A stretch of DNA of 64,000 bases from an uncultured delta proteobacterium (GTDB taxonomy: Bacteria > Myxococcota_A > Polyangia > Polyangiales > Polyangiaceae), in contig CAVQUB010000022.1 of NCBI GenBank assembly GCA_963716725.1, positions 32,001 through 96,000 of the forward strand, in the 5' to 3' direction. Of the stretch, positions 1 to 9,572 are shown piece after piece. Made by a program: the position numbers and the translations under genes. Position 1 is the first letter of the stretch. Every line of letters starts with the position of its first letter. Below the pieces are notes generated by a model, which had not been told where the DNA came from, did not search any database, and saw only the letters and a program-made list of their open reading frames with translations.

Positions 1-763
1 GAACAATGTGATCCCGTCCGACATCGAGAAATGCCAGGACACCATCGACTGCTTGCCCCAGGGGTCGGCCTCGAGCGGTCAAGGTGAGTTGCAGCGCGCG
101 TTCTCTGGTGTCGCGGTAGGCGACCATGGCGCTTGCGATGTGGAGGCGTCCGATCGGCTTGCCCCCGTCTCTCATGACGAAGTGGCACGCGATGTCCGTC
201 GACTCCGGTGCGTCGAGGAATGAGTCGCTGTACGTGCCGACCCAGGGGCGAAGCACGCTCGCGATCTGCGCGTGGCCGTCAGGGAGAGGAACCAGGTTGA
301 CGTAGGTTACCTCACACTGATTCGGAACGACGTTTCCGAGGGACTGGGCGGCGACGAAGTCGATCAGATTGGTCAGGTCGGTCGCGAACGGTTCACGGAT
401 GCTCCCGTACCTCGGGTACGTGGGAGACGAGTCAGCCTTCGTCCAGTTCCGAACGAACCGATCGCCCTGATACTGTTTCAGCTGCGTGTGCGACGAGTTC
501 CGGAAGATCGCGCGCCGGAGGGGCGGGCTACCGAAAATGGTGCCAGCGTCGCTCAGCTGTTCGCCAAAGAGCTCGAACGCCGGCGCGATCGGAACGTGAT
601 CCTGCCACTCCGGAAAGTCCTGGCGGCAGCTGTCCCAGAGCAGGGCAATGTGTCTGGTTTCGTACGACAGCGGTTCGAACTGCACGGACAGGGCGACCTC
701 GACAACGGGCGGGTGCTCGAAGTCGGGCAGGTCGGGTGGTCGCGCAGGCACGTGTGGCAGCAT
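1..763 (-). CDS. TIGR04255-like family protein, 3' end runs off the window
   Basis: Not in the ORF track. Hand translation from ATG 763: MLPHVPARPPDLPDFEHPPVVEVALSVQFEP...QYQGDRFVRNWTK...YPRY...NQCEVTYVN...GRLHI...LTLTARG, open to position 1. Motif pattern recalled for TIGR04255. Confidence 0.75.
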   Translation of the reverse strand, partial: MLPHVPARPPDLPDFEHPPVVEVALSVQFEPLSYETRHIALLWDSCRQDFPEWQDHVPIAPAFELFGEQLSDAGTIFGSPPLRRAIFRNSSHTQLKQYQGDRFVRNWTKADSSPTYPRYGSIREPFATDLTNLIDFVAAQSLGNVVPNQCEVTYVNLVPLPDGHAQIASVLRPWVGTYSDSFLDAPESTDIACHFVMRDGGKPIGRLHIASAMVAYRDTRERALQLTLTARGRPLGQAVDGVLAFLDVGRDHIV

Positions 764-1002
764 AGGAGATGGGAACTCGTGTCGTGGCAAATTCTTCAAT
801 CAATCCCGGGATGCAAGAGATGGACCATGGTGCGCGGCCTGGCTGCGTGTCCCGTGCAACAGTCAACGCAACCGCTTGCTTCCGCCCGTCTGGGCGTCCG
901 GTCTCGACGTGGGTCGTCGACCCTTAGCAGCGCGTCATGTGCCGCTCGCCTTCGAGTCCCGGGCGGCGCGTCGGGCTGAAGCCCCTGGACGCGTCGTGAC
1001 GA

Positions 1003-1023
1003 CATCTTGGCGCCCATCTTGGC
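1003..1023 (+). repeat. Direct repeat CATCTTGGC x2, candidate integrase arm-type sites
   Basis: Copies at 1003-1011 and 1015-1023, ~90 bp inside the att core. Confidence 0.4.
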
Positions 1024-1108
1024 AAATCACCCCCGCAGCGGTTTTGCACGCGGCCAACCCCGCGCAATCACGGGCGCCGCACCCCGCCTGCCAAGACTCC
1101 GCGGAGTC

Positions 1109-1163
1109 TTTGAAAACCGCCGTAGGGCAACCTACCAGGGGTTCGAATCCCTTCTCCTCCGCC
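1109..1163 (+). mobile_element. 3' fragment of tRNA-Ser(TGA), the attR core of an integrated element lying to the left
   Basis: TTTGAAA-ACCGC (anticodon loop and 3' stem), long variable arm GTAGG-GCAA-CCTAC, T arm AGGGG-TTCGAAT-CCCTT, acceptor 3' strand CTCCTCC-G-CC. The 5' half is absent. Confidence 0.85.
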
Positions 1164-1249
1164 GCTGCTCGCCTTGTCGCCGGCGCGCACCGCGAGCCCG
1201 CCGCCGGTGCCTCCTGGCACGAAGGTCAGCGCTACGTCTGCGGCCAGCG

Positions 1250-2203
1250 CTAGCAGGTTGGTGCCGAGGTTTCTTCGTTGCCGAAGACGTTGTCCGCGCC
1301 GATGCGGTACAAGTCGTAGGCTACGAAGCCGATGTCGACGATGGTGTCGAAGATGCGACCGGAAGGGTCCACCTGAGTGATGGGGTCGCCGCCGCCGTAG
1401 CTGTAGGGCAGCAGTCTGCGCGGATCGCCGATGCCCTCCTCCGGCTCGAACACGGCGACCGGATCTGGGCTGACAAAGATCCCGAGCTCCGGTCGATAGG
1501 CGCGCGCGCCAAAGTCGCTGAGGCCTGAGCCTGCATCACGTTCCTTGCCCACGAAGGACCGCGGCTCCGCGCGTCCACTGTGAAAACGCTCGGCGCCATA
1601 GGCGTGGTAGGAGACCTGGCGGACCACGTCTCCCTTCGCGCTTGTCACCGCGAGAGGACTGCCGTGGAGATCGGCGTGGAAGAAGACCGCGGACGCCGGC
1701 ACCTGCGTGATCGGCTTGCCCTTGTCTGGGTCGTCACCGCCTCCGCACGACAGAACGAGTGCGGCCGCCGCGAGGCTGCTCAGATGTTGGTTGCGCGCAC
1801 GGCCGAACGCCGCAGCGTCCTTGGCGTGCTTCGTCCAGTGGCCCAACGCGTTCTGAACGGGTGTCTTTGCTGACGTGGACGTCCGGAGGGGCCGTTTCGC
1901 CCCCGCCCGCGTCACGACCCCCTTCACAACCGCGCGCACGCCATCCGCACCCGCCCGCAGCAGCTTCGGAGCCGCGCGTACTGCGGCGGGCAGCGCGCGC
2001 ACCAGCGCGATGCCGTCCAGCAGGGTGGCCGCGAACAGCAGTCCCTCCGCCGCGCCCTCAGCCCCTTTGCGGTTGAGCTGCTGCACTTCGCGCAACTCGG
2101 CGCTCGAGCAACCGCGCTGGGCTGTGCAGCGCTCGAGCTCTTGGTGGGCAACGAGACCGTCCGGCTCCCGCCCATCGCGGTCCACCAAGGTGCTCGGGTT
2201 GTT
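1250..2203 (-). pseudogene. Orphan RHS toxin cassette 2: truncated toxin tip fused to a second RHS-core remnant
   Basis: Starts at NNP, has the shared ~100-aa linker, then TPVQNALGHWTKH, then LVLSC...FFHADLHGSP...FVGKERD...GARAY...SPDP...DPITQVDPSGR. No upstream RBS or convincing start. Confidence 0.75.
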
Positions 2204-2337
2204 TTGTTGCCCCCCCGTGCTTGCCGGCGCTTCACGGCGGGGCGTGCTCGCTTCGTTCCGCGCGCCCCGTGCCCCCAGGCGTCGTGCTCGGCCGCCGACG
2301 CTTCAGCGCGAACTACGACGCGCGGCCTGCGCGCGCC
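1900..2337. repeat. Cassette repeat copy 1 (304-bp coding part 1900-2203 plus leader 2204-2337)
   Basis: Near-identical to 3074-3510; the coding part also matches 4522-4825. Confidence 0.95.
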
Positions 2338-2388
2338 GCAGCGTGGTCAGCGGCGCGGGAGAGCTTCACCCAAAACTCGCGCAACGAT

Positions 2389-2745
2389 CTACTCGACGTA
2401 GTCCTCGAATTCCCAATGCCCCAGCCGAGACAGCTTGACCGCAATGGCTTTCCAGTCGGGCCCATCACAGGAGTCACAGAACTCACTGATATACGTGTGT
2501 ATCGATGAATAGTCGTATTGCTTCATGACAAGATGATGCCGCGGAAAGAAGACAGGCACGCTGGACAGTTGCTCCTCTACCCAACGCGGGCTGCACACCA
2601 CGATGTCAAAAGACTCTTCGCCAGCTCCTCCCAATGGGCCAATCATCGCTTGGACGAGCACGGCAAAACGGGCCGGGTCCTCCGGCACCAACTCGGCCAG
2701 ATCGTCTGCATCAGGGCTGTGAAGCCGCTTCAGTTCTGCCTTCAC
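2389..2745 (-). CDS. Imm8-family immunity protein
   Basis: MKAELKRLHSPD...IGP..G.GEESFDIVVCSPRW...RHHLVM...WKAIAVKLSRLGHWEFEDY; GTG start overlaps the toxin stop (GTGA). Confidence 0.85.
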   Translation of the reverse strand: MKAELKRLHSPDADDLAELVPEDPARFAVLVQAMIGPLGGAGEESFDIVVCSPRWVEEQLSSVPVFFPRHHLVMKQYDYSSIHTYISEFCDSCDGPDWKAIAVKLSRLGHWEFEDYVE

Positions 2746-3377
2746 GGTGCTACCGGCGCAGACACGATATCGAGGTGTCCATTGGACGTCCATCGACCAG
2801 AAGGCACGGCGCGCTGTTCGAAGTTCGATTGAACGCGACCCAGCTTGGGTTTCCAGGACGGAGGCCGAAACTGGCGAAGTCCGTTTGTGCTGATCAACGT
2901 CTTGCCATCGCTGGCCACCCTGGCCCCTTTTCCGACCCAAGCATGCCCGAGGCGTTCCGCCGTCGCCGCGTCCGCCGCCCCCAATCCGAAGTTTCCACTT
3001 CCCTTGGCCGCGTCGCGCAGAATCCCCATCTCTCGGGCGGCAGCTTCGCTCATCTTTCGCCGGCCTCCGCTGCCCCCCGCCCGCGTCACGACCCCCTTCA
3101 CAACCGCGCGCACGCCATCCGCACCCGCCCGCAGCAGCTTCGGAGCCGCGCGTACTGCGGCGGGCAGCGCGCGCACCAGCGCGATGCCGTCCAGCAGGGT
3201 GGCCGCGAACAGCAGTCCCTCCGCCGCGCCCTCAGCCCCTTTGCGGTTGAGCTGCTGCACTTCGCGCAACTCGGCGCTCGAGCAACCGCGCTGGGCTGTG
3301 CAGCGCTCGAGCTCTTGGTGAGCACCGAGACCGTCCGGCTCCCGCCCATCGCGGTCCACCAGCGTGCTCGGGTTGTT
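2742..3377 (-). pseudogene. Orphan RHS toxin cassette 1 with an intact CdiA-CT-like (probable BECR RNase) tip
   Basis: NNPSTLVDRDG, shared linker, then GNFGLG...LGHAWVG.G...SDG..LIS..GLRQFRPP...QSNFE...NGHL. In-frame stop shortly upstream of NNP. Confidence 0.8.
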
Positions 3378-3510
3378 TTGTTGCCCCCCGTGCTTACCGG
3401 CGCTTCACGGCGGGGCGTGCTCGCTTCGCTCCGCGCGCCCCGTGCCCCCAAGCGTCGTGCTCGGCCGCCGACGCTTCAGCGCGAACTACGACGCGCGGCC
3501 TGCGCGCGCC
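3074..3510. repeat. Cassette repeat copy 2 (coding 3074-3377 plus leader 3378-3510)
   Basis: Direct repeat of 1900-2337 with a few substitutions and a one-base difference in a C run. Confidence 0.95.
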
Positions 3511-3764
3511 CCGGAGGCACCGGCGGAGGGGGCGGCGCAGATGCAATCGACGAGAAATTGCGCGCCGTCCAGCGCCGTGGCCTTGCCTGCGACAAAGTCC
3601 TCACCCAACCCGTGGCCCCTGCCTCGGGTCGCTTCGCCCAGCGCTTTCCGTTCCTCACCGAGCGGTCCGGCGAAGGGCTCTGCCACGGATGTGCCGAGAA
3701 TCAAACTTGAAGTTCCCCTCGCGCGCGCCACGCTCGCCGCGGTCGTTCTTGCACTGCGCAGCCC

Positions 3765-4190
3765 TCATTGAAGCGATCTCATGAGAGCCACGCCCCGCTC
3801 TTTGGTGGCGTGCTCAAGACGGGCTCTCGTGAAACGTTCTTGATCGCCTGATAGCTTCTCGCGCAACTCGGCGATGACGGTACCCAACCGCTCCAGCACC
3901 TGCTCCAATGGTTCAGGCTCGGTCTTCGCAAGCACATCTTCAATCGCGCGCCAACCCATCGCGATCTCAACGTCGTCAAACTGGTAAAACTTCTCCGGAC
4001 AGCATATCGACGCAACGTCAAGAAACTCCTGACCTCGGTCTCTGACTATCTTCAGGAGGATCCCGTTGACGCACAGCACCACTTCGCCGTCGCCAAACTG
4101 GGATCTCTCCTCGTAGCTGACAACTTCAACAGGCTCGATACTGGCTGCTGCCGCAAGCCTCCGGGCCCGTGCTTCCAAGGACTCGACCAC
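3765..4190 (-). CDS. Putative immunity protein for the main RHS toxin tip
   Basis: 141 aa, directly downstream of the toxin; AGGAGG RBS overlaps the toxin TAG at 4201; lower GC than the flanks. Confidence 0.75.
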   Translation of the reverse strand: MVESLEARARRLAAAASIEPVEVVSYEERSQFGDGEVVLCVNGILLKIVRDRGQEFLDVASICCPEKFYQFDDVEIAMGWRAIEDVLAKTEPEPLEQVLERLGTVIAELREKLSGDQERFTRARLEHATKERGVALMRSLQ

Positions 4191-4200
4191 GACACTCCTC

Positions 4201-7200
4201 CTAAGGCTTTGACATACGCAGGCCGTCCTCCGCGACCTGAAACCCCTGTGATTTCAGGTACTGCAACTCTCTGGCAAAGAAGCTACCAGCGCGCGCCTGA
4301 CTCAGCCGGGGTTGCCAGGACGATGTCGTCTCCTCTGGCGATCATTCGATCAAGAAACTTCCGGTTCGCTGCCCATTGTTGCGCGGGCGTCATCCTATCC
4401 CAAACCTTCGTTGGGACGTTAAAACGACGTGCACCCAGCTCAGTGGCCTTCTCGACGTACGCAGGGAAGTGGCCAAGTACCGTCTTGCCTGGCGCCGTTC
4501 CAGCCCCGGGCCCGCCCCTCGCCCCCGCCCGCGTCACGACCCCCTTCACAACCGCGCGCACGCCATCCGCCCCCGCCCGCAGCAGCTTCGGAGCAGCGCG
4601 TACTGCGGCGGGCAGCGCGCGCACCAGCGCGATGCCGTCCAGCAGGGTGGCCGCGAACAGCAGTCCCTCCGCCGCGCCCTCAGCCCCTTTGCGGTTGAGC
4701 TGCTGCACTTCGCGCAACTCGGCGCTCGAGCAACCGCGCTGGGCTGTGCAGCGCTCGAGCTCTTGGTGAGCACCGAGACCGTCCGGCTCCCGCCCATCGC
4801 GGTCCACCAGCGTGCTCGGGTTGTTGGCCGCGTATGAATACGCCGTGTGCGAGGGCGAGAGAGCCGCCACTCGCTCGGGGCTATCGAGCCACAACGGATC
4901 CGGGCTGATGAAGCCGCCAATGTCGGGCGAGTAGTACCGCGCCTCCATCAGGTCCAAGCCGACGCTGCGGTCGCGCGGTGTGCCGGCGAAGACACGGTTT
5001 TCGTCGGGTGCTTCGTCCCAGCGGGTCTCACCGAATGAGTAGGTCGCGCTTGAACCCTGGGAGACGCCGGCGCCGTTCGTGATTTCCGTGAGGGAGCCGA
5101 CGCGGTCGGATAGCAGCAACGTGTCGGCTGCGGTCAGAGTGACCACCGTACCTTCCGCATCAGGCTTCTTGTCTGCGTCTGCGCCGGAGCACGCGACCGC
5201 CAATCCGATCGCCATGGTCGCGCCGACCGCGCGCTGTAGTCGAGACCAGGAAGCGGCCGAAATTCTGTGGAAGACGCGCTTGGCGAGCAGCACCCCAAAC
5301 AAGATCCCGAGCGCCATCCAAAGCCCGTTCAAGAAGACGCGCAGCCTCTCGACCTTCTGCGCATGCGGCTTGGATGGCGGCGGCGTCGGGACGGCTGCGC
5401 CCGCAGCCGCCACGCCATTCGTTTCCGAGAGGCGTGCGACGCGCTTTCCGTCCACCACGAGGTAGCGTACGAGTTTGCCGTCCACGACCTCCGACCAATC
5501 GTCGAGGAAGTGCGTGGTGCGTGGCGTGCCGGACGCAGCGCGCTCAACTCGGGTGACTCGTGAGCCATCGGCGGCAAAGGTATTCTCGACAGTGGCGCCG
5601 CTCTTTGTCGTGACACGGACCACGTGGTTCGCTCCGTCCCACTCCAGCGTGCGCTCGCCGTCACTCACGAGGCGGCCCCGGGCGTCGTATGCCAACGAAC
5701 GACCCTGCTGCTTCGCAACGGCGTGTGGCCGCGAGGGCTCGTAGGCAAGGCTGCCAGCATTGAGTGCCGCAACGCTGCTGGTGCGCGACAGCAGGCGACC
5801 CGCCGCAGAGTACTCCGAGTTCGAGTGGCCCCAGGCGCCTTCGCTGCGCACCAAGCGGTACAGATTGTCGTAGCTGTACCGTACGCTCCGTGAGCGTTCT
5901 TCCGGGATCCCGCTGCGAAGATCGCTCTGCTCGGCCACGTTGCCCACGGCGTCGAGTGTCCAGGCGATGTGCTGCACAACTGCGCCATCCGGCAATACGA
6001 CTTTGTGAGCATTCAGACGACGGTCCTGGTCATATCCGAACAGTTCGCGCACGCCCGTGGAGTACTCGCGCACGGTCTCCGTCTCGTCCGCATCGTGGTG
6101 GAGGGTCACGGCGTCGCGACCGAGACCTGCCAAGAGTCCACGCCCGTCGTAGCGCAGCCGCACGCTGGATCCGTCCGGGTATACGTGAAGACTCTCACGG
6201 TCTTGGGCGTCATATTGCCGGCTCGTGTCGTATCGCTTCGTGCCGATCCGAACGCTGCGCTGCGCCACTCGCCCGCGTTCGTCATAGCTGAGCACCGTCG
6301 TCCCGCTCGGATCTTCGACCCGTGCCAAGCGCCCGAGCGCATTCGTACCTTCATCGAAGAATCGGGTCACCTCGGACTGTCCATCGCCGTCCCAGTCCTC
6401 GCGCACCGTGCGCCCCGCGAGGTCGTGTTCGAAGTGACTTGCCTTCTTGTCGGGATACCGGTGTTCAACCAGGTTGTCGGACGCGTCGTAGATGTAGCTA
6501 TGCGTGCCTGCATTGGGATCCTTGGCTTCAATTCGCCTGCCTCGTCCGTCGTAAGCGTAGCTGGTCGCGTGCCCTTCCGCGTCGATACGTTTCGCGAGCT
6601 CGCCGGCGACAGTCCAAGTGTACTTCTGGGCGACCGCACTACCGCCGAGGGTGAATTCTCGGCGGACCACACGGTCCTGCCCGTCCCGAGTTTCGACGAC
6701 GGGAGTGTGTTCGTATGGCGAAGCGGGATCGGCCTGAGAGGCGTCCCAGCTCCGGGTGACCAACGGGCCGTAAGACTGCTTGGTGACGCGCCCAGCATGC
6801 GAGCGTGTGCTGACAACTCGGGTCGCAGCGTCTCGCCAAGAGTCGTCGCCAGGTGATGGGTCGGCAAGTGCCTTCGAATCCACGAAATCCACATCGACCA
6901 AGCGCGGACGCAACTTCCGCCGGGTTTCCCCGCGAGCGTCGTGCACCGCGACTTCGCTCAAGACCCACCGGCCTTCGTCGGCCTCGAACAGCGTGGCACG
7001 TGGGCGATTCGCGCCGTCATGCACTGTGATGAACCGAGTAGCTTCCTCGCCGCCACTGACGATGCGGTTGGTCGTGATCACGCGGGAAATCGGCGCGGCG
7101 AGCTCGTAGGCGTAGCCGACGGTAGGGCGCTTGGCCGAGTCTCCTGGCCGGGCGATCCCCGTGATTCGCCCGAGAGAGTCATATTGATAGGCAGTTGCGA

Positions 7201-9418
7201 CGCCGTTGAAGTCTTCGAATCGAATGATCGCACCGAACCGTGCGTCGTATTGCACGCGCTGAGTCAGTCGACGCTGGCCCGTCTCCACATGCTCTGCGAC
7301 CAGCGCAACCCCCGCGTCGTCCCAATCGAAAGCGCGCACTCCACTCTTCGCGTCCCGCGTCTCCACCGGATTCCCGTGCGCGTCGTATTTCGATGCGACC
7401 ACCTCATCAAATTCGTCCAACCCCGGCCCGACCCACGCTTCTTGTCGCGTCAAGTCACCGCGGGTCAGTTTGCCCAAGGGCATGCCGACGAAGGGATCGC
7501 CATCGTAGTAGCTGCGGGTCATGCGCACGCGGGCGCCGCTGGCGTCGGTGAGCTCTTCGGTGGCTGGGCGGCCTAGGATCCACTCCGTGGCGTCGTTGGC
7601 GAAGGTGCGGACGGTGAGCGCTTCGTCGGTGCCGACTAGTTTGTCGCCGGCAACGACTTCACCCCAGCGGTATTCGGCGATCTGGTTGCCGTAGCTGTCT
7701 TCCTCCCACTCGGTGAGCGTGGTGCGGGCTGCGGAAGGGTCCGTGCCTTCGATGTATTCGACGCGCTCGCTGGATTTGTAGCCATAGCTGATGGGCGTGC
7801 CGTCCCCGGCGCTGGCCACGGTCTGCGAGGTGTATTCGTTCGCGGTGCGATCGAAAATCTGGCCCTGGTCGTTGCGACGTTCGTGGGTCAGCACGGCGCC
7901 GCGCAGGGAGCGCAGGGTGAGCCCCAGGTCGAAGCTGGTGTCGGTCAGAAGCGTGGGCGTGTATTCGTCGCCCAGGGCACGCTCGACGCCACCCGCGAAG
8001 CCGGCGAAGGTGCGCTCGACCGCGTCCCACGCTCCGTCACGGTACAGGTACTCGGTCGCCATCAGTGGATCGCCGAGGGACATGTCCGTCTCGACGCGGG
8101 ACACGACGGGCATGGCGATGTTCATGCGGGTGCTCCAGCCTTTGCCGGCGTCGCGGGCGCGGGCGGCGTGCTGGGCGGCGGGCTCGTAGCTGATGCGGGT
8201 GATCTTGCCCAAGCCGTTGTCGATGACCGTCATCAGACCGGCGCGTCCCTTGGGGAACAGCTCCAAATAGCGCCACGCGCTTTCAGGCGATCCGCTGGTG
8301 TCGACCCACACGATGTCCGTCGTGCCCGAGCCGTTCATGTCGGCGAAGCCCGCAAACGTGCCCGGCGCCTTGTTCGGTGTGCCGCTGATCTGGACGACGT
8401 CTGCGAACTGCCCGGCGGCGGTGGCCCGCGCCACGGAAACCTGGGTGACGCCGAGGTGCACCAGATCGACGAGGCCGTCGCCGTTCAGATCCACGAGTTG
8501 GTACGGATCGTCTTCGCTGAAGGCCGGCACGCCGCTCGCGGAGGCTGAGGCCTCGAACACGCCGCGGCCGCGGCCTAGCCAGTAGCTCAGGGCACCCGAG
8601 CGCAGGAATGCCAAATCGAGCAGCCCGTCTCCGTTGACGTCGGTGAGATGCGTCTTGCCGTTCGAGAAGCGAAGTTCTTGCTTCGGATCGATGACGCCGA
8701 TGGTCTTGGGCGACGCGAAGTCCTTGCCGCCGAGGTTTGTTCCGACCACGAGGCCGGCTGCGCTGGTCGCGACGAAGTCGATGCGTCGGTCACCGTCCAG
8801 ATCGGCGAGGCGAACGTCCGGATCCTCGAAGGACAAGTTCGGCACCGTCGGGATGGCCACGCTCGGCGACCAATGCGTGGCGTCGAGGCCGGGGAAGTAG
8901 CGGAACTGGCTGATCCCACTCTTGGCAACCAGATCGATGGCGCCGTCACCATCGAAGTCCGCGAGGCTCACACCCTGCTGTTCGAGGCTGACCGACGGCG
9001 AATCTGCCGCCTGCCAATCGACCGCGGGCTGCCAGCTCTTGCCGTCGTGGTTGACATAGCTGCGGAAGCTGCCGGCTTTGCCGACCAGCAGGTCGGGCAG
9101 ACCGTCGCCGTTGAGATCAGAGAGCGCGACGCTGGGCTCCACCGGCGAGCGACCAGGCGGCGAGGTCATGCTCACCAGCTCACCGCTCTTTGTCAGCTCG
9201 CCGCCGGTGTAGCTGTAGCGCAGCGTGGGCAACGCCGTTTCGCCGTCGGCGCCCACCAGCTGGATGCTCTCGAGTAGCGAGCGTGCGCCGGTGGCGTAGC
9301 CAAGTGCGTAGCGTCGAACCAGTTCGACGCCCACGCGTACCTCGATGTGTGCGAGGCGCTTTTCAAGACGCTGCTCGATACCGCTCGAGAACAGGACGTG
9401 CGAGTCGGGCCTCCGTTC
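4201..9418 (-). CDS. TcB-TcC-like fusion (SpvB tail, FG-GAP repeats, TcdB-mid, YD/RHS repeats, RHS core, toxin tip); 5'-truncated, +1 frameshift near 4306
   Basis: DLNGDGLPD/DFDGDGAID/DVNGDGLLD repeats; IDNGLG; RTFAGF; YD repeats; ARYYSPDIGGFISPDP...YSYAANNPSTLVDRDG. Frame continues upstream of GTG 9334 as ERRPD...SG...KRL..IEV. After the shift the tip reads LSQARAGSFFARELQYLKSQGF...KP* (TAG 4201). Confidence 0.9.
4522..4825. repeat. Cassette repeat copy 3 (coding part only, inside the main RHS gene)
   Basis: 304 bp matching 1900-2203 and 3074-3377; the boundary falls exactly at the NNP codons. Confidence 0.95.
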
Positions 9419-9572
9419 AATGAGAGGCCCTATCGGGCTCAGCGTCAGGCGATTGCGTGATTTCTCGCTACGTGATCGCGAGTCGCGACGCGCTCCATCG
9501 AGCTCGGAATAGTCCGCAACCCGCCTGATGACCGACCCGAGGGGGAGGGGAAATCACTCTGGAGGTCCGTCA

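Noticed and set aside
272..979. 235-aa plus-strand ORF
   Set aside because: Antisense shadow of the TIGR04255-like gene
1075..1163. Complete tRNA-Ser gene
   Set aside because: No acceptor 5' strand, D arm or matching 5' anticodon stem; only the 3' half is present
2204..3510. Canonical integron attC array
   Set aside because: No RYYYAAC/GTTRRRY ends and no intI in the window; kept only as an unexplained structured leader
3486..3764. Short minus-strand ORF between the immunity gene and the leader
   Set aside because: No RBS or recognisable motif; may be a cassette remnant but cannot be supported as a gene
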